A DNA stretch of 64,000 bases from Halioglobus sp. (lineage in GTDB: Bacteria; Pseudomonadota; Gammaproteobacteria; Pseudomonadales; Halieaceae). The translations under genes and the position numbers were made by a program. The stretch's first letter is position 1. Each line of letters begins with the position of its first letter. The stretch is taken from assembly GCA_041396005.1 (NCBI GenBank), contig JAWKZK010000011.1, positions 67,779-131,778 of the forward strand, in the 5' to 3' direction. This document shows, in pieces, positions 55,605 through 64,000 of this stretch. The notes under the pieces are model-generated. The model was not told where the DNA came from, ran no database searches, and was given only the letters and a program-made list of their open reading frames with translations.

Positions 55605-56546
55605 ATGCGAATGAGCCTGCGCAGTCCAGGCTTGCTGCTTTCCCTGTTTGCGGTCTGCGCGCTGGTCATGCCGGTTCAGGCACAGTGTCAGGGCGGCAGC
55701 TTTGAAGTACATGCTGTGCACATTTCGCCGGCTGTCGTCATTGAGGAGCAGCCCGTCACGGTGACGGTAACGGGCTTCAACCTGCTGGCGGGCGGTTTTG
55801 AGCCATACCAGGGCAGCCTGCTGATCGCCGATCCGGCGCTGTACGACGTGGCGGTGGAAGGCGCCCGAGTGACACTCACTTATCAGGAGCCGATCTGGGA
55901 TCTGTGTATAGATCCCACACCGCCCTTGGGCGCCAATTACCCGCAGCGGCGGCAGTTTCAGCTGCCGGGCCTGGCGGAGGGAGATTACCTGCTGGTAGTG
56001 GACTACGGCATCGCGCGCAACTGCGGTGGCACCGTTTCTCAGAGCGTCGAGCGGAAGTTGAGGGTTTACCGGGAGGAGCCCGCGCAGCGGCTTTTCAATC
56101 ATGAAACCCCCGAGCAGGGTCAAACGGTGAGCGGTGTGGGTCTCATTCGCGGCTGGGTGTGCTACAACGATGATTGGCGGGCGGGTGGCACGGCGCCAGT
56201 GGTGAGCAGCCTCGGCTACCGAGTGGATAACGGGCCGGTAAAGGCTCTGGCCGCCGGCACCAGCCGAACAGATACTGCGTCAGTGTGCGGCGAGTACAAC
56301 ACAGCCACGGGCTACGGCGCGGTGGTGTACTGGGGCAGTTTCGGTGTGGGCGAGCACGAGTTCACGCTGCTGGTGGACGGCGAGCCGGTGGAAACCACGG
56401 TGTTCAACGTGGTCGCGCCGCCGGAGGGTTTTCTGAAGGGTGTGCAGGCTGGCGCCACGGTGGCCGATTTTCCCGTCCCCGGGCGCAGCGTGCGCGTGGA
56501 GTGGTCCGAGGCGGACCAGAACTTTGTGATTACCGAATTTAATTAA
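55605..56546 (+). CDS. Exported hypothetical protein
   Basis: Signal peptide; C-terminal domain ETP..G.TVSGVGLIRGWVC...GTSRTDTASVCG...EWSEADQNFVI; not an integrase. Confidence 0.75.
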   Translation: MRMSLRSPGLLLSLFAVCALVMPVQAQCQGGSFEVHAVHISPAVVIEEQPVTVTVTGFNLLAGGFEPYQGSLLIADPALYDVAVEGARVTLTYQEPIWDLCIDPTPPLGANYPQRRQFQLPGLAEGDYLLVVDYGIARNCGGTVSQSVERKLRVYREEPAQRLFNHETPEQGQTVSGVGLIRGWVCYNDDWRAGGTAPVVSSLGYRVDNGPVKALAAGTSRTDTASVCGEYNTATGYGAVVYWGSFGVGEHEFTLLVDGEPVETTVFNVVAPPEGFLKGVQAGATVADFPVPGRSVRVEWSEADQNFVITEFN

Positions 56547-56550
56547 CGGC

Positions 56551-57660
56551 CTATTCGGAAACCGAGTTCCAGTTACCCTCCACATCGTCTATCTGAGATT
56601 CAACCCATTCACCCACCGTGACGCCTTCCACGGCCACGTCCAGCTCTCCCAGCAGGAAGGTGTGCGAGGCGCCCGGGGCGATGAAGCTGCGCATGCGTTC
56701 CGGGTTGCGGCTTTCCAGTTCCGCCATGGCGCTGCGCAGTATGGATTCAAACGCCGGGCCGCCGATGCCGAGGAAGAAGGTGCCGATGGTGAAATCCTGC
56801 GCGTAGCTGAGCATACCCAGGCGCACGTCCGGGTCTTGCTTGAGCTGCCAGTCGAGGAAGCCTGTGGGGTCGCCCTGCACGGTGCACTCGGCGCAGCTTG
56901 CCGGGAAGAAGCCGCCGATGTTCCAGTAGTCGATCACCTGCTGGTTGAAGGCCGCATCGTCGGGTCGGTTGATGCCTACACCTGAATCGTTGATCACGTC
57001 GATGGGTACGCCGGGGTACAGCTGGCGCACCAGCGGCAGCGCGAAGATGCTGCCGTAGCCGCCGCCGCTCACGCCGGCCAGCACGATGCGTCGCGGCGCC
57101 GGGAAGGTTTGTACCGCCACGTCCAGCGCGGCGGAGAGGTTGTGCAGCCCGCGGTGGAAGCGGTCCGGCGTGCCGTCTTCGTCCGAGTCTACGTCTGCGT
57201 CGCTGGCGAACAGGCCGCCGTCGCAGTAGGGCAGGTACACGGTGCTGATGCCCGCCAGCGGGTTGGCCGCCAGTGTCGGGTTGAGAATGCCGGCGCTGGG
57301 AATACCCGGTGCCGCGGAGGACGTGGCGGAACAGAAGTCGAACCAGCACGCGCCGCCGCCCTGCAGGAAGATCATCAGGTCTTCGGTGCCCTCGTCGCGG
57401 GTGGCCATGGTGTAGGGGCCGCCGTTGAGGCACAGCGGACCGTCGCCCTCACCGAACTGATGGTTGATCACGTTGCCGTCCGGGGTGCTCAGCATGGGTG
57501 AATACAGGCCGAGGTAGCGGGTTACCCCCTGGTCAATCAGTTCCTGGAAGGGCACCGCGTTGCCGCCGCCCGCGCCGTTGTCGTTGCCGTCCGAGCAGCC
57601 TGCGGCTGTCAGCGCCAGTGCTGCGAGTGAGAGAGCGCCTGCGCGGCGCAGGTGTTGCAT
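56551..57660 (-). CDS. Pectin acetylesterase-family hydrolase lipoprotein
   Basis: AAGC followed by SDGND; CLNGGPY, IFLQGGGAC, LPYCDG, GVSGGGYG, NDSG. Confidence 0.85.
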   Translation of the reverse strand: MQHLRRAGALSLAALALTAAGCSDGNDNGAGGGNAVPFQELIDQGVTRYLGLYSPMLSTPDGNVINHQFGEGDGPLCLNGGPYTMATRDEGTEDLMIFLQGGGACWFDFCSATSSAAPGIPSAGILNPTLAANPLAGISTVYLPYCDGGLFASDADVDSDEDGTPDRFHRGLHNLSAALDVAVQTFPAPRRIVLAGVSGGGYGSIFALPLVRQLYPGVPIDVINDSGVGINRPDDAAFNQQVIDYWNIGGFFPASCAECTVQGDPTGFLDWQLKQDPDVRLGMLSYAQDFTIGTFFLGIGGPAFESILRSAMAELESRNPERMRSFIAPGASHTFLLGELDVAVEGVTVGEWVESQIDDVEGNWNSVSE

Positions 57661-57807
57661 GAAATCAGTCACGGTGAGTGCCTCTGCTTGGCTGTTATGT
57701 GAACGGGATAGTACAGCAAGCCCGGGCGAATAGCTGCCTGCTGTCCCGGTAGTGAACAACAGGGAAGGCCAAGGAAGCGCCGCGCCCCGAGAGGCGCGGC
57801 GCTGTCG

Positions 57808-60579
57808 TCAGGGCTGGTAACCGCGCTGGATACCCTGGTCGATCCACTGGCCGATCACCTGACACTCCTGGCGCGTGGCGGAGGTCTTGTGCGCGGGCCC
57901 GAAATCGATGTCGTTGTCGTACTGCGCGTCCGTACGGCCGTCCTGTCGTGAGCCCATGCATTTCCAGTACAGCAGCGAGTCCCGCGCCAGTTTCGAAACC
58001 CACTTGCTGGTATAGGGGCGTGGCAGGCGGTAGCTGCCGTTCAGTGTGGGTTGGCGCTGGGCCCAGGCCCAGTCGATCTGGTCGTAGTCCCAGGCGATGC
58101 GTGAATCGAGCAGGCCGTCCTCGTCATGCATGTCGCCATGGCAGGTTGAGCATTTGTTCAGGAGGATGGGTTTCACATCCTCCCAGGTGGTGCGGAAGCC
58201 ATTGTTCGGCATCGGCCGGTTGCTGCGCGCGGCGATAGTATTGGCAAACCGCTCCTCGGCGCTTGCAGCAAGCTGCGCGGCGCGTTCCTCGGAGTGCCCG
58301 TCGTGGCAGCCGTGGCAGGTGCGCGTTTCGCCCTTCTGCAGCGAATGCAGCTTATCGTCGTGCGCGATGGTCATGCCGTCCTTGTCCTGGCCCACAATCT
58401 GCAACGGTGTCTCGCAGGGTACGCGCATGCGCACGGAACCGTCCGCCTCGATCGGCTGGTAGCCCTGCACACGCAGGCTTTTGAAGCCGTGGTTGTTGAT
58501 GGTGTTGGCGAATTCCTCCTGGTTGCCATCGGAGTAGCTGCGGTCCCACATTTCCACCTCGAACACCGTGAGGTAGTGCATGTTGCGCGCGTGGAAGCCC
58601 TTGTCTTCCGTGTTGATGGCGCAGCCCTGCGCAGAGCACTGCTGGTACAGCGTGCGTTCCCAGTCGTAGGGTTCGGCAGGCTGCAATTCGGCCCTGCGCG
58701 CGTCAACGACCTGAAGAAAACACGCGTTTCCAGTAAGGGGTCTGGGCCGCTCGGGCTCGGGCTGACCCCAGAGATCCTGGTAACTGGCCACTGCGTCGGC
58801 ATCATATACATGCCAGCGCGCATCGCCGGCAATTTGCTCCATCTGGCGTGTGTCAAATGAATCTGTCACCTGGTCTACTTTGACGCGATAGATACCTTTC
58901 TGGCATAGCGGCTCACCCCCCGTGTACTGGGCATTGGCCTTTTCGACAAAGGTGGCCTCGAAGCACAGGCCCCGGCCGTGGGTGATCATGTAGTCGTCGG
59001 TATTGGGCAGCGCGCTGGCATAGCCTGCCTTGCCCATCACCTTGCCGCTTCGATTCCGCCGCGGCTCGTGCGAGTCGGCGTCATTGCCATAAGGAGTCAG
59101 CGCGATGAAATCGGAGGGAATGTATTTTCCGGAGCCTTCCCGCTCGCTTGAGTAGATGCCGTGCTCGAAGTTATTCAGTCGCGAGATGCCCTCCACGCTA
59201 CCACCGCGATAATTGAACCCGTAAACGATTCCCATGCTGCCAACGTGATTCGCACGATAGTAGTTGGTGGCCGCGAGGTAATCCCTGCGGATCTCGGCGA
59301 CGGAGCGTACTGCGCGCAACGCGGATGCGCCTTCTCCGCCCGTGATTGACTTGTCAAGCCAATCTCGAGTTTTCAGCAGCGGACTGCCGTGTCCGCCGAG
59401 GACAACGCCACCTTCGGCACCATTGCCGTCCATCTGGCAAAGCCACCATTTATTGGCTTCGGTTCCCGGCGAGTTCGAGTGACGATTGGGACTGTCAAAC
59501 GCCTCGTTCGCGTGGCCATTCCAGCAGGAGTAGATGATGTCGCCGTTGGTCATCACCGTGGGCGACAGCGCCATGGTTTCGTGCGGCGTGAGATTCTTCG
59601 CACCGGTGCCATCGATCTTCATGGTCCAGATCTGCATGGCCTTGCCAGCATCGCGGTAGCCGTAGTACTGAGAGACGCCGTACGCCGTGCCAAACCACCT
59701 TGGCGTGCCGTTGGCGTAGCGCCCACGATGCTGGTTGAACTGGCTCTTGTGCGGGAACAGGTTCCCGCGATTGCTGGAAAATACCAGCGTGTTGTTGTCC
59801 AACCACTCAGGTTGGCGGTCTATACTTCTCCCATCATATCCTGGAACAGGCTTGCTCACGCCGCTGTCGAGGTCATAGATAAAAATCCTGGCGTGCGTGA
59901 GCGCGGGAATCTCCTTGATACCGAGCTTGACACGGCCATGGTAGGTATCCACCAGCGTGCTGGCGTAGCCCACGGAGTAGGCTATTTTTCGACCGTCCGG
60001 GCTGACTCTTGCCTCCTGCGCAACGCAGATGTCCGGCGATGTCGTGCAGTTATAGAGTACATGGACGTTTCCCTGCAGGTCGTCGAGCACAACATCCGCT
60101 TCGGCGATACCGCCATTGATGCGGCCGACATCGCTGGCGTGTTGCCAGCTTGAAGCATCCATAATGCTGCTGCCGGGCACGGGGTTAACGGCGCGCGGCT
60201 GGCGCGTGTAGACGATGCCTGTTGTCGGCTGAGGTGAGGTCACGGGGGGCGGGGTTGCGTCGGTCACGGGCGCGGGTGCTGGTGCCGGTGTGGGCGCGGG
60301 CGCGGGCGCGGGTGCTGGTGCCGGTGTGGGTGCAGGCGCTGGAGCAGGCGCTGGAGCAGGCGGCGCGGGTGGTTTGGCTGCCTCCGCTTGCTGTTGCGCG
60401 AGAAGGCGATGCAGATAATTCCCCCAGATGAGTTCGCGTAACCACTGCGGTAGTCTTTCCTGGTTTTGCACCAGGAAATTCTCGAACGAATTTCTAGCGG
60501 CAACCGGTTCGGTGGCAAACAAAGTGCCGAGCAATAGCACCACGACTGATGCGCGGATAAGGTGTTTGAACTGTATCAC
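57808..60579 (-). CDS. Large exported hydrazine-synthase-alpha-like protein (TolB-like propeller + HZS-alpha middle domain + two CxxCH)
   Basis: Signal peptide; (PA)n linker; ARVSPDGRKIAY; PIEADGSVRMRVP..P.Q...DKDG...LQKGETRTCHGCH; CSTCH. Start uncertain (60579 or 60606). Confidence 0.75.
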   Translation of the reverse strand: MIQFKHLIRASVVVLLLGTLFATEPVAARNSFENFLVQNQERLPQWLRELIWGNYLHRLLAQQQAEAAKPPAPPAPAPAPAPAPTPAPAPAPAPAPTPAPAPAPVTDATPPPVTSPQPTTGIVYTRQPRAVNPVPGSSIMDASSWQHASDVGRINGGIAEADVVLDDLQGNVHVLYNCTTSPDICVAQEARVSPDGRKIAYSVGYASTLVDTYHGRVKLGIKEIPALTHARIFIYDLDSGVSKPVPGYDGRSIDRQPEWLDNNTLVFSSNRGNLFPHKSQFNQHRGRYANGTPRWFGTAYGVSQYYGYRDAGKAMQIWTMKIDGTGAKNLTPHETMALSPTVMTNGDIIYSCWNGHANEAFDSPNRHSNSPGTEANKWWLCQMDGNGAEGGVVLGGHGSPLLKTRDWLDKSITGGEGASALRAVRSVAEIRRDYLAATNYYRANHVGSMGIVYGFNYRGGSVEGISRLNNFEHGIYSSEREGSGKYIPSDFIALTPYGNDADSHEPRRNRSGKVMGKAGYASALPNTDDYMITHGRGLCFEATFVEKANAQYTGGEPLCQKGIYRVKVDQVTDSFDTRQMEQIAGDARWHVYDADAVASYQDLWGQPEPERPRPLTGNACFLQVVDARRAELQPAEPYDWERTLYQQCSAQGCAINTEDKGFHARNMHYLTVFEVEMWDRSYSDGNQEEFANTINNHGFKSLRVQGYQPIEADGSVRMRVPCETPLQIVGQDKDGMTIAHDDKLHSLQKGETRTCHGCHDGHSEERAAQLAASAEERFANTIAARSNRPMPNNGFRTTWEDVKPILLNKCSTCHGDMHDEDGLLDSRIAWDYDQIDWAWAQRQPTLNGSYRLPRPYTSKWVSKLARDSLLYWKCMGSRQDGRTDAQYDNDIDFGPAHKTSATRQECQVIGQWIDQGIQRGYQP
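60265..60375 (-). repeat. Pro-Ala/Thr low-complexity linker
   Basis: Encodes PPAPPAPAPAPAPAPTPAPAPAPAPAPTPAPAPAP. Confidence 0.9.
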
Positions 60580-60889
60580 TGCGAAGCCCCCGGGATCGTA
60601 TCCCATTTGTTGAAACGCAGGGCTGGCCCGGGTGCGGTTGGTTTTTTTTGCCGGGCTTGTGGGAAAGATGCTAACCGCTGGAAACGGAAAAAGATGGTTA
60701 ATTGTGCAGAAATCTCCACTCTTTTTTCTTATATGATGAAACAACCGCCGTTTATATCTGTGCTAATCCTGCGAGCGTTGAGAAGCGACGTCGAACTTGT
60801 GGGAAGGGTTGCCGGCGCGTGTGGCGTGCGTCGAGGGCGAGGTCCTGCAGGGCCCCAGCCTATGGCATCCGAAGGCCTTCTGTGTTTCA

Positions 60890-60908
60890 CTAAATGAGAA
60901 TAGTTTGC
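60890..60908 (+). promoter_or_regulatory. Probable Fur box
   Basis: CTAAATGAGAATAGTTTGC (11/19 to GATAATGATAATCATTATC), 42 bp upstream of an iron-binding protein gene. Confidence 0.65.
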
Positions 60909-60950
60909 GTTTGCAGGCGATCGTCTACTACACACTATCGAGAGGTAATC

Positions 60951-62012
60951 ATGCGTGTCATCTCTTCGGGTTCCGGCTTGAGGCCGACCCTGCGTCGCTG
61001 TGCGGCGATATTTTGCGCCAGCGCCCTGAGCCTTTTGTGGGGCGGAGCGGCCGCCGGCAAGGAGTCGGTGAATGTCTATTCCGCGCGGCAGGAAGCACTG
61101 ATCAAGCCGGTGCTGGACAAGTTCACCGCGAGTAGCGGGATTGCAGTGAATCTGGTGACCGGTGATGGCGACGCGCTGCTGACTCGCCTGGCCAACGAAG
61201 GGCGCAACTCGCCCGCTGACGTGCTGCTCACGGTGGATGCGGGCAGGCTTTACCGTGCGCGCGAGGCCGGTGTGCTGCAGCCGGTGAAATCCGCGTATCT
61301 GGAGCAGGCGATACCCGCACACCTGCGCGACGGCGAGGGCTATTGGTATGGCCTGTCAGTGCGTGCTCGCGTGCTGGCCTACTCGAAAGAGCGCGTGAAA
61401 CCGTCGGAGCTCAGCACCTATGAAGCGCTCGCGGAACCCGCGTGGCGGGGCAGGATCTGCATCCGCTCCTCCGGCAATATTTATAACCAGAGCATGGTGG
61501 CGGGCATGCTGGCCACCGAGGGTGAGACGGCCACCGACAAGTGGTTGCAGGGCCTGGTGGCGAACCTCGCGCGGCCCCCGCGCGGCGGCGACCGCGACCA
61601 GATCAAGGCAGTGGCCGCGGGCCAGTGCGACGTGGCCGTGGTGAACAGCTATTACTACGGCGCCATGCTGCAATCCGAGGATGGGGCGGAGCGCGAGGCC
61701 GCGGCGGCGGTCGGCCTGTTCTTTCCCAACCAGCAGGGGCGCGGCACGCACATCAACATCAGCGGTGCGGGCGTGACCGCTGCCGCGAAAAATGTGGCCG
61801 GCGCCGTGGCATTGATCGAGTATCTCGCCACGCCCGAGGCGCAGCGCTGGTACGCCGAGCGCAACAATGAATACCCGGTGCGTACCGACGTGACTCCGGA
61901 TGCGCTGCTGACCTCCTGGGGTGAATTTAAAGCCGATGCCCTGGACGTCACTGAACTCGGCCGTCGCAATGCGCAGGCGGTGATGGCGATGGACAGGGCG
62001 AATTGGAAGTAG
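60951..62012 (+). CDS. fbpA: Fe(III) ABC transporter substrate-binding protein (FbpA/FutA)
   Basis: VNVYSARQEAL, SPADVLLTVDAGRL, ICIRSSGNIYNQS, VNSYYYG. Confidence 0.92.
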   Translation: MRVISSGSGLRPTLRRCAAIFCASALSLLWGGAAAGKESVNVYSARQEALIKPVLDKFTASSGIAVNLVTGDGDALLTRLANEGRNSPADVLLTVDAGRLYRAREAGVLQPVKSAYLEQAIPAHLRDGEGYWYGLSVRARVLAYSKERVKPSELSTYEALAEPAWRGRICIRSSGNIYNQSMVAGMLATEGETATDKWLQGLVANLARPPRGGDRDQIKAVAAGQCDVAVVNSYYYGAMLQSEDGAEREAAAAVGLFFPNQQGRGTHINISGAGVTAAAKNVAGAVALIEYLATPEAQRWYAERNNEYPVRTDVTPDALLTSWGEFKADALDVTELGRRNAQAVMAMDRANWK

Positions 62013-63703
62013 CGTCTACCTCCGCGCCTGCTCGCCGCGTGGCGGGCTGGCGCGCCGGTTTCGGCTGGCGCGCCGCGATGGTCGTGACGGCGGGCGTTAT
62101 CACGCTGCCGGTGCTGGTGATCGTCGGCAGCCTGCTGCAGGGCTTCAGCCCGGTGTGGCAGCATCTGCTGGATACCGTACTCGCGGACTACGTGCTCAAC
62201 TCGCTGCTCCTGATGCTTGGGGTGGGTGCCGGCACGCTGGTGCTCGGCGTGGGCAGTGCATGGCTGACCGCAATGTGCGAGTTTCCCGGGCGCCGCTGGT
62301 TCAACTGGGCGCTGCTGCTGCCCATGGCCATGCCGGCCTATATCATCGCCTACACCTATACGGGCATGCTGGATTACGCGGGCCCCGTGCAGACTGCGTT
62401 GCGCGAGCTGTTCGGTTGGCGCTTCGGGGATTACTGGTTCCCGGAGATACGCTCCCTGGGCGGCGCGGTGTGCATGCTCTCGCTGGTGCTGTACCCGTAT
62501 GTGTACCTTCTCACGCGGGTCGCCTTCCTCGAGCAATCCAGCGCCGTGCTGGAGGCGAGTCGCAGCCTTGGTCGCGGGCCCTGGCAGACGCTGTTCACGG
62601 TGGCATTACCGATGGCGCGTCCGGCGATTGCCGCCGGCGTCAGCCTGGCCCTGATGGAGACACTGGCGGATTACGGCACGGTGCAGTATTTCGGCGTGAG
62701 CACCTTTACCACGGGCATCTTCCGCACCTGGTATGGTCTTGGCGAGTTGCAAACGGCGGCACAGCTGGCGGCATTCCTGCTGCTGTTTGTGTTCGTGCTG
62801 TTCGTGCTGGAGCAGCACTCGCGTCGACGCCTGCGGTTTCATCCGTCTTCAGCACGGCAGTTACCGCGCCGGCTGCATCTGTATGGCTGGCGCGCAGCCC
62901 TGGCATGCACCGCGGCGCTGCTCGTGGTCATGGCCGGCTTTCTGTTACCCGCGGCGCGCCTCCTGGCCTGGGCGGTGGAGCGCGCGGGGCACACCGATTT
63001 GCCGGCGTTCGGGCAATTGATGGCCTCGAGCTTCGGGCTGGCCGCAACGGCGTCGCTGGCCTGTCTCCTCTGTGCGCTGCTACTGGGCTACGGCAAGCGG
63101 CTGCATCCTGGCCCGCAGGAGCGGCTCGCGGTGCGTCTGTCCTCCATGGGCTACGCAGTGCCCGGCACCGTGATTGCGGTCGGCGTGCTGATACCGTTTG
63201 CCTGGCTGGACAATCGTGTGGACGAATTCATGCGCGCGCAGTTCGGGTTGTCCACCGGGCTGTTGCTGAGTGGCACGCTGGCGGCGCTGGTGTTCGCATA
63301 TGTCGTGCGGTTCTTGTCGGTGTCGCTGCAAACGGTAGAGGCGGGCCTCACGCGTATCCGCCCGAGTATCGACGAATCGGCCCGTTCGCTCGGACATGCG
63401 CCGCTGGCGGTGTTTCAGCGTATTCACCTGCCCATGCTGAAAGGCTCCCTGGCCACTGCGTTGCTGCTGGTGTTTGTGGATGTTCTCAAGGAGTTGCCAA
63501 CCACACTCATACTGCGTCCGTTCAACTTCAACACGCTGGCGGTGCGCGCTTACGAGCTGGCGTCGGATGAACGCCTCGCCGATGCCGCGCTGCCCGCCTT
63601 GGCGATTGTGCTGATCGGCTTGCTGCCGGTGCTGCTGATGTTGCGCACCAGCAGCGCCGCCGACAGTACCGTGCGGCCCACCGCAGAGGCCGTCCATGCG
63701 TAA
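62003..63703 (+). CDS. fbpB: Fe(III) ABC transporter permease
   Basis: Two permease repeats with EASRSLG and ESARSLG EAA loops; LRPFNFNTLAVRAY. Start uncertain. Confidence 0.92.
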   Translation: MEVASTSAPARRVAGWRAGFGWRAAMVVTAGVITLPVLVIVGSLLQGFSPVWQHLLDTVLADYVLNSLLLMLGVGAGTLVLGVGSAWLTAMCEFPGRRWFNWALLLPMAMPAYIIAYTYTGMLDYAGPVQTALRELFGWRFGDYWFPEIRSLGGAVCMLSLVLYPYVYLLTRVAFLEQSSAVLEASRSLGRGPWQTLFTVALPMARPAIAAGVSLALMETLADYGTVQYFGVSTFTTGIFRTWYGLGELQTAAQLAAFLLLFVFVLFVLEQHSRRRLRFHPSSARQLPRRLHLYGWRAALACTAALLVVMAGFLLPAARLLAWAVERAGHTDLPAFGQLMASSFGLAATASLACLLCALLLGYGKRLHPGPQERLAVRLSSMGYAVPGTVIAVGVLIPFAWLDNRVDEFMRAQFGLSTGLLLSGTLAALVFAYVVRFLSVSLQTVEAGLTRIRPSIDESARSLGHAPLAVFQRIHLPMLKGSLATALLLVFVDVLKELPTTLILRPFNFNTLAVRAYELASDERLADAALPALAIVLIGLLPVLLMLRTSSAADSTVRPTAEAVHA

Positions 63704-64000
63704 CCAGTTGGAGCTGCGAGAAGTGACGGTGCGTTACGGCGAGGTCACAGCGGTGGATGCAGCGAGCCTGAGTGTGCAGCGGGGCCAGATCGGCTGTCTG
63801 TTAGGGCCGTCGGGCTGCGGTAAAACCACGCTGCTGCGCGCCATCGCGGGGTTCGAACCGCTCAGCGGCGGCGACATCCTGCTGGGCGGCGCGCTGATCG
63901 GTTCGCCGCTGGGCCAGGTGCCGCCCGAGCAGCGTCGGGTGGGTATGGTGTTTCAGGATTTCGCGCTGTTTCCCCACCTCGACGTGCGACGCAACATTGC
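63696..64000 (+). CDS. fbpC: Fe(III) ABC transporter ATP-binding protein, 5' part (runs off the window end)
   Basis: Hand-translated MRNQLELREV...LLGPSGCGKTTLLRAIAGFE...GMVFQDFALFPHL. Confidence 0.9.
   Translation, partial: MRNQLELREVTVRYGEVTAVDAASLSVQRGQIGCLLGPSGCGKTTLLRAIAGFEPLSGGDILLGGALIGSPLGQVPPEQRRVGMVFQDFALFPHLDVRRNI

Noticed and set aside
55533-56546. Integron integrase or attI site next to the array
   Set aside because: The adjacent ORF has a signal peptide and no tyrosine-recombinase R-H-R-H-Y motifs; the last site has an attC-type right arm rather than attI direct repeats.
57808-60579. Evidence for anammox metabolism
   Set aside because: Only an alpha-like subunit is present, without hzsB/C or hdh, in a heterotroph-like gene context; the domain is known outside anammox bacteria.
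60780-60885. Possible ncRNA in the intergenic region before the Fur box
   Set aside because: GC-rich with short possible stems, but no recognisable family motif or terminator; unsupported without covariance analysis.
113-64000. Numerous long overlapping or antisense ORFs in the track (for example 113-853, 5714-6415, 10144-11493, 29370-30962, 38823-40007, 46721-48451)
   Set aside because: They are shadow ORFs of high-GC coding sequence, lying opposite or out of frame to genes with clear family motifs, and are Arg/Ala/Gly-rich with no recognisable motifs.

Overview
High-GC gammaproteobacterial chromosome segment. The gene content (TonB-dependent receptor, Porin_7-like porin, many exported hydrolases, a PEP-CTERM/PrsT locus, DUF3833/DUF2452 genes) resembles the marine Halieaceae/OM60-NOR5 group; this taxon assignment is an inference. 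About 60 CDS were called. From left to right: a c-di-GMP pair (HD-GYP plus degenerate GGDEF-EAL); a mixed block of lipid/redox catabolic genes; a decayed cytochrome c peroxidase next to a BigR/SqrR-type regulator; many exported hydrolases; an exosortase-dependent surface protein with a sigma-54 promoter and prsT; a TBDR/GH29/hydrolase cluster; a large hydrazine-synthase-alpha-like diheme protein; and an Fe(III) ABC transporter. The most striking non-ORF structure is a low-GC integron cassette array with no integrase beside it (CALIN, about 49.9-55.6 kb). It has about 11 intact or eroded attC sites and an inverted vapBC cassette. One of its genes ends in a PEP-CTERM-like sorting tail. A second pattern is that seven unrelated hydrolase lipoproteins share the mature N-terminus Cys-Ser-Asp-Gly (six of them CSDGxD), a candidate undescribed lipoprotein sorting signal. 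No rRNA, tRNA, CRISPR array, transposase or integrase was seen. Start codons were often moved from the ORF track to better-supported positions; all family names come from motif recognition, not database searches.
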